NCBI GenBank assembly: GCA_030390025.1
Contig: CM059432.1
Span: forward strand, 90,522,001-90,586,000
Length of the DNA stretch: 64,000 nucleotides
Direction: 5' to 3'
Source of the DNA: Squalus acanthias
Lineage: Eukaryota
In this document: positions 59,092 to 64,000 of the stretch, one piece after another
How the letters are laid out: each line of letters begins with the position of its first letter
How positions within the stretch are numbered: the stretch's first letter is position 1
Program-made: the position numbers and the translations under genes
The notes under the pieces: generated by a model
Told to the model about the DNA's origin: nothing
The model's input: the letters and a program-made list of their open reading frames with translations, nothing else
The model's database searches: none

Positions 59092-60900
59092 CTACTTTTT
59101 GCCCTTCGAGGGTGAACTCCTTCCCTTGTGCACTTCCCTTCCCACCCGACTGCTCCTCCGTAATGGGGCCCCAGTGGCTGCAGCAAGGCTGGTGGAAGGC
59201 TGCTGATTGTCAGAACCTGAGACTACAGATGCCCCTGAAGGACGGCCTCGATCAGCTCTGGGCCTGGAGGGCCCGGCTGCAGACTGCACCAACTCTGCAT
59301 GGGCGGCAGCAGTCTGGGCTACAGGCGGTGGCAAGTGCAATGGGGAAGTGAAAGTGGTGGCAGCAGGAATGCTGTCATCTTGAGAGAGGACAGCAACTCC
59401 CAGCTTGACCGACACACTGGCACTCCCACGGGGCAGCACCTCAGCATCCGGAGCAATCTGCTGGAGCACAGATTGCTGGCCTGCTGCGGTGAGAGCCCCG
59501 GGGAAATGTGTCCGAACCAGCGACAATGGCAGCAGTCAGTGTTTGCGTGGCCTTAATCTGAGTCTGCATGAGACCAGTCTGAGATTGGATCATGGCAGCC
59601 AGTGACTGAATTGCAGCACTAAGCATTAGCGTGGCATCGCCTGTGCTACACGTAGTGCTCCACACTCCTTGCCAGTGCATCAATGCAATCGGGCACCCTT
59701 CCCACTGCACCCATGAGCTGAGTGTGCATGTCCACCGCCTGGGTGTTCATTTCAGCGATGAGCCGCTCCTCCTCTGCGTCCAGTGCAGCAGGACTCGCTG
59801 GCCTACTCTCCCTCCGGGGAGAAGGCCCCCGAGCTTCCCTAGCCACATCGCGTTGCTGCAGCCCGCTGGGTCCTGGAGCTTCACCCTCATCAGACCCTTC
59901 CCCCCTGCTCCCCTCAAGGGAAGACGTGGTCCCAGTGTGGGCATGGGCTTCCTCGGGAGAGGGTGGCGCTGATGCTCCGGCTTCCTCTTCCTCCTCGCCT
60001 GCGGCTTCGCTCCCACTGGCAGCTTCAGGGCCCGTCTCCTCAGCTGGTGAATCACCATCTGAAAGCAGGGAGGTACAAGAGTGGCTTTAGCGTGAGGACA
60101 GGGGGGCAGTAAGGGAGGAAGGAGTGCAACGATTTAGTAAGTTGAATTGAAAGTGTCAAAGGCTGGTGTTGTAAGCGACAAGTGGAATGAGAGAGGAGAG
60201 AAAGCTGATGACCTTACCATTGCTGTCCCGAACAGGGTCGGCCTCTCCAGGGGCGACGGGACCAATCACCTGGCTTGCCACAATCCTGTGGATGCGCGCC
60301 TCAAGATCGCTGAGGGGCTGCTGCTGAGGCCGCCCTCCACCCGTCCGTTGCTGCTGTCTCCTATTATGAGATAGCTTGGCCTGCAAGAAAAAGGACGGCG
60401 TCTGAGTAAATATGCAGCCATGGTCTTGCCTGATGTGCCTCCCATAATTGAATAGCCCTTAATGTATGCAGCCACGGTCTTGCCTGATTTGCTTCCCATA
60501 GTTGAATAGCCCTTACTGTATGCAAGGTGTGGAATGTGTGTGTGTTTCATGAGAGGGCCATAAGTGTTGGATGAGTGTTGGGCATTGGGGGTTTTAAGAC
60601 CTGCTGACCATAGAGTGAGGTTGAAATGGAGGGATGGAGAGGTATTGAAAAAAAGCCACTCACCCTGACGACCCGAGTGAGGTTGTTGAACTTTTTGCGA
60701 CATTGTATATGGGTCCTGGGCACCATGCTCCTGGAGGAGACGTGCTGAGCCACCTCCCTCCACACGCTTCTGTAGTCGCGCAGCAAAGGCCTCCTGCCAC
60801 TCTCAGGGAAGAGTATAGATCTTCTGCGCTCCACCGCGCCAACCAGAGACTTCAAGGCCCGCTCGCTGAAGCGCTGAGCTCGTTCTCTCACCCTCTCCAT
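59092..60900 (-). pseudogene. Harbinger Myb/SANT-like gene; exons 60900-60664, 60380-60218 and 60058-59092
   Basis: MERVRERAQRFSERALKSLVGAVERRRSILFP..VWREVAQHVSSRSMVPRTHIQCRKKFNNLTRVVR|AKLSHNRRQQQRTGGG. Canonical splice sites. The spliced frame is open to a stop at 59646; the rest is frameshifted. Confidence 0.9.
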
Positions 60901-61469
60901 AGTCCTTGGCTGGAAAATGTAATCACAGGTCTCTCCAGGCCGAGATTCAAGGCTCCAATGAGCAGGGTGTGGCTGGAGAGCAAGATCGACCCAACCCTTT
61001 AAAAACTGGCCGGCGCCAGTGTGTCTCGCGAACTGACATCACCTACGCTGCGCCCGCGCTCTGAGTTAGCGCCTCACTCCTCGGCCTTTGCGCCTTAAGA
61101 CAGGTGTGCAGCGCCTGATTTAGCGCTCCAATCACCTCCAGGGGTGAGTTTGCTGTCGGAGGCCATAATTAGCGCCAGGCGCTAAACTTTGCAACCGGCC
61201 GATAATTGCGCCCCAAACGGGGCGACACCGAATTTCTCCCCCAAGGAGTCACAGGTGATACCCATGTGGCCATAGGTTGACTTTCCTGTAAAGTCATTCA
61301 ACAGGAAAGGATACCACATAGTACAAATGAGAGGTTGTGTTCTGAGGATCTGTTATTTCTACTCAGACTTCACTGAGCATTCTAGGATGTATGGCATCAG
61401 AACCCAGTGCCTTTTCCATTTTGAGTTCCACATTTTTTTTTAATAGGAGTACTTCATTCCCTATAGTTA

Positions 61470-62600
61470 TCCTCTCTAATTGTTCTACTCCCTCTTTACT
61501 TTTTCATTTTCATTATCACACTCTTTTGTGAAACTGAGACAAAGTTCTCCAGTATTTTGCCATTTTTTCATCCTCTTTATGATGTCTATTTTCATCGCTA
61601 GTAGGCGCTACATATTATTTAATTATTCATTTACTTTATTATGTGTTTATAGAATCCTTTACTATTTCCCTTTGTTACCTGCCAGTCTTTATCTATACTT
61701 CCTGTTAGTCTTTCTAATCTCATTTTTTACTTTACCTCTATATTTTCTATATTTAGCTTTTGCTGTACTATTGTTTGTTCATGTTGGAGTATGTCTAACT
61801 GGTGCCCTACTCATTTCCTTTTAGAATATTTCCCATTGTGTGTTCACTGTCTCATTTTCCATTGTGGAAAGGAATGTAAAATGGGTGGCGAACCCATTGC
61901 TGCACGTTTCCTGCCCAGCGAGAACAATTAAAAGTGACTCTTATATGCTGTTCCTGCATTTTTCTATAATTTCTCCACACATCTGGTCTTCAATCTCCTT
62001 TCCACTATTCCATGGTCTATAATATACTCCCAATAGAGTAACCGCACCCATCATATTTCTTAACTGTAAATGAATACATTTAGCCTGTATCATTCCTATG
62101 TTCAAGTGCTGTAATGGAATCATTGATTAACACTGCCCCCATTTGTATAGCTGTGAGAAATTGTTAAGCAGAGGGTGGGAACATGCATGCAGAAGAAGAA
62201 ATAATTAAGTGTGCGGTCACTCTGGGGCACTTGTTCATATCTCCTAGTGGTATTGGTTGAAACCAGGAAGTCGGTCTTCAGGTCATCCATTTGGATGGTA
62301 AAGATACTACTTCACTTTTCTCTTCATTGAACTTCATCTGCCATTTGTCTGACCACTCTGGTAACCTGTCTATGACCTCCTTAAATCATTTGCATTCTTC
62401 CTCACAATTTGTCCTGTATCAGCAAACTGATATCATGCCTATATACCTATCTCCAAATCATGCCTATAAGTGGAAAATAAAAAGTCTTATAAATCCTTGT
62501 TATATTACTGCACTCATTCTACCAATCTGATGAACCATACAATTACATTCCCTTTGGTAGCATTGTGCCTTAATTTTCATAACAAATCTCTTATGTAGCA
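61470..62600 (-). mobile_element. Old CR1 fragments
   Basis: GAVTLLGVYYRPWNSGKEIEDQMC on -, and antisense CATTGAACTTCATCTGCCATTTGTCTGACCA (W...WQMKFN). Confidence 0.7.
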
Positions 62601-62617
62601 TCTCTTCATTTTTCTTA

Positions 62618-63554
62618 GGCCTAGATTTTGCTGTCGCAGGGCATCTAATGGCATCTGCCATTAGTGAGACTTGCTCTTGTATGTTTAGGTTTTAACATTT
62701 TTTGCGTGGCAAGTTTCTGGAAGTGCAAGCTAATAATGTCGCAGCAAGGGAAAGTGGGCATCTGGGACCTGTATGAACAGGGAAAGCAACTGAGTATCTC
62801 TTTAACCAATCAGATTGCAGGATTGTGAAATAAACAGCGCAAGGTCTGAGAAGGAATTGTAAATTAGAGTGGGTGAAATCAATGTCAAATCATGTACAGA
62901 AATAGAAATAAAGAGAGGGAAATAAATATTGGATTAAGAAAGAAAAAGAGACAGAAAGGAAAAGTAAAACAAATTAACATTTAAAATTTTACATTTTTAA
63001 AATCTCCAACAATTAAAACCTGAAGGATTGAGACTCCACACATGTAATAGTTAATTATCAGTGCCAGAGAGGTTGATTGGCAGTAATTAACACTTATCAC
63101 GTCATTAAAAGGATACTTAGGGCTGGATTTTGAATGACCCATGGAGTCGGGTTTGGAGGCGTGTGGGGGTTAAATTTGCGGGGTCGGGGGTCCCGACCCC
63201 ATCCCGACTCCACGCAATTTTGACAGAATCAGTCGCGGGGTTCCCGACTCCGTCCCGCCTCCAAGAGGCGGGAGAGGCCATTAAAGCCCTTAATAAGACC
63301 TAAATTGGCTCTGTAATGCCATTTTGAAACGTTTCAGCTAGTTTAACCCTTTTCCGACGTGAAGTACGCCTGATGTGAAACACTCCAGTGAAACCTGGCG
63401 GGAGCACAAGTGGATAGCTGATAGTCAGCTGCAGGTGCACTATTACAACGGAGATGTGATGAAGGTAGTAGTAGTATTAGGTCTGAAAGTCGCCTCTGAT
63501 GCTGCTGCATTGAATGTCTTCAGAGACTGCATGGCCTTTGCTGTGTGAGGACTT

Positions 63555-63592
<38 letters not shown>

Positions 63593-63880
63593 TCCAGGTC
63601 CACTCACAGCAAGTCCCTGACCTGCAATGCAGCAGCAATGATAACATCATCAAAGGCGACTTTCAGACTTAAACCACTAATTAGTTCATGGTTTCCCACA
63701 TGCTGGAACTCAATTGCCCAATTAAGTGAAAAGTGCATCATTCATCCACATTAATCTAGAGTCGGAGGGGGAACACGAAATGCGGATGACACGACCCCAA
63801 CCCGACCCCAAGACAAAATCCAGCCCTTAGACTTGAAATGACAAGACTAAACTTTCCGTAGTGAGTTTAGTTCGTATCTA
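62618..63880. mobile_element. Harbinger-type MITE (left TIR only) hosting a younger MITE
   Basis: TTA GGCCTAGATTTTGC start. Right end not seen. Confidence 0.5.
63120..63826. mobile_element. Harbinger MITE with canonical TTA TSD
   Basis: Perfect 13-bp TIR GGGCTGGATTTTG / CAAAATCCAGCCC with TTA on both sides. Repeated subterminal (G/A)GTCGGG / CCCGAC motifs and an internal (CT)n. Confidence 0.92.
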
Positions 63881-63884
63881 CAAT

Positions 63885-64000
63885 AGCAAAATACTGCGGA
63901 TGCTGGAAATCTGAAATAACAGAAAACGCTGGAAAAACTCAGCAGGCCAGGCAGCATCCGTGGAGAGAGAAACAGAGTTAACGTTTCAGGTCGAAGACCT
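63885..64000 (-). mobile_element. Penelope-like terminal repeat, cut by the window edge
   Basis: Matches 5579-5698. On - it reads AGGTCTTCGACCTGAAACGTTAACTC. Confidence 0.7.

Larger units (their letters stand above)
58203..61242 (+). mobile_element. Two-gene PIF/Harbinger element, relative of the parent of the 893 bp family
   Basis: TIRs GGGGGAAAAATTCGG / CCGAATTTCTCCCCC and TSD AAG. The first ~50 bp and last ~315 bp match the 893 bp elements. Confidence 0.93.
57860..61410 (+). pseudogene. Old Harbinger transposase remnant (57860-58202 plus 61243-61410) split by a younger Harbinger
   Basis: QRHSYLQF..KEAVTDLWQ, LPVAVKITTVLYVRATESFQ. Rejoined frame VAGFSKVQ|GVTGDTHVAI, then FNRKGYH. Confidence 0.8.

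Noticed and set aside
61480..61824. Hydrophobic 114-aa membrane-protein-like ORF
   Set aside because: Antisense of A-rich decayed CR1 sequence; T-richness explains the hydrophobicity.

Overview
Eukaryotic, repeat-dominated DNA, very probably from a shark or other cartilaginous fish: it carries an HE1-type V-SINE, SacSINE1-type DeuSINEs and CR1 LINEs with short microsatellite tails. No intact host gene is visible. There is one plausible isolated coiled-coil exon (46745-46828) and one weaker candidate, so the window is probably a large intron or intergenic DNA. It is dominated by a layered set of PIF/Harbinger DNA transposons. These include several decayed two-gene elements (HARBI1-type DDE transposase facing a three-exon Myb/SANT-like gene), three young 893-895 bp non-autonomous copies whose ends match a 3 kb two-gene element at 58203-61242, a composite derivative present as an inverted pair, and many MITEs. 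Also present are nested CR1, L2 and another non-LTR retrotransposon, two Tc1/mariner-pogo-type MITEs, and fold-back Penelope-like termini carrying minimal hammerhead-ribozyme motifs. Family names come from my recall of motifs, not from database searches. Boundaries without a TIR or TSD are approximate.
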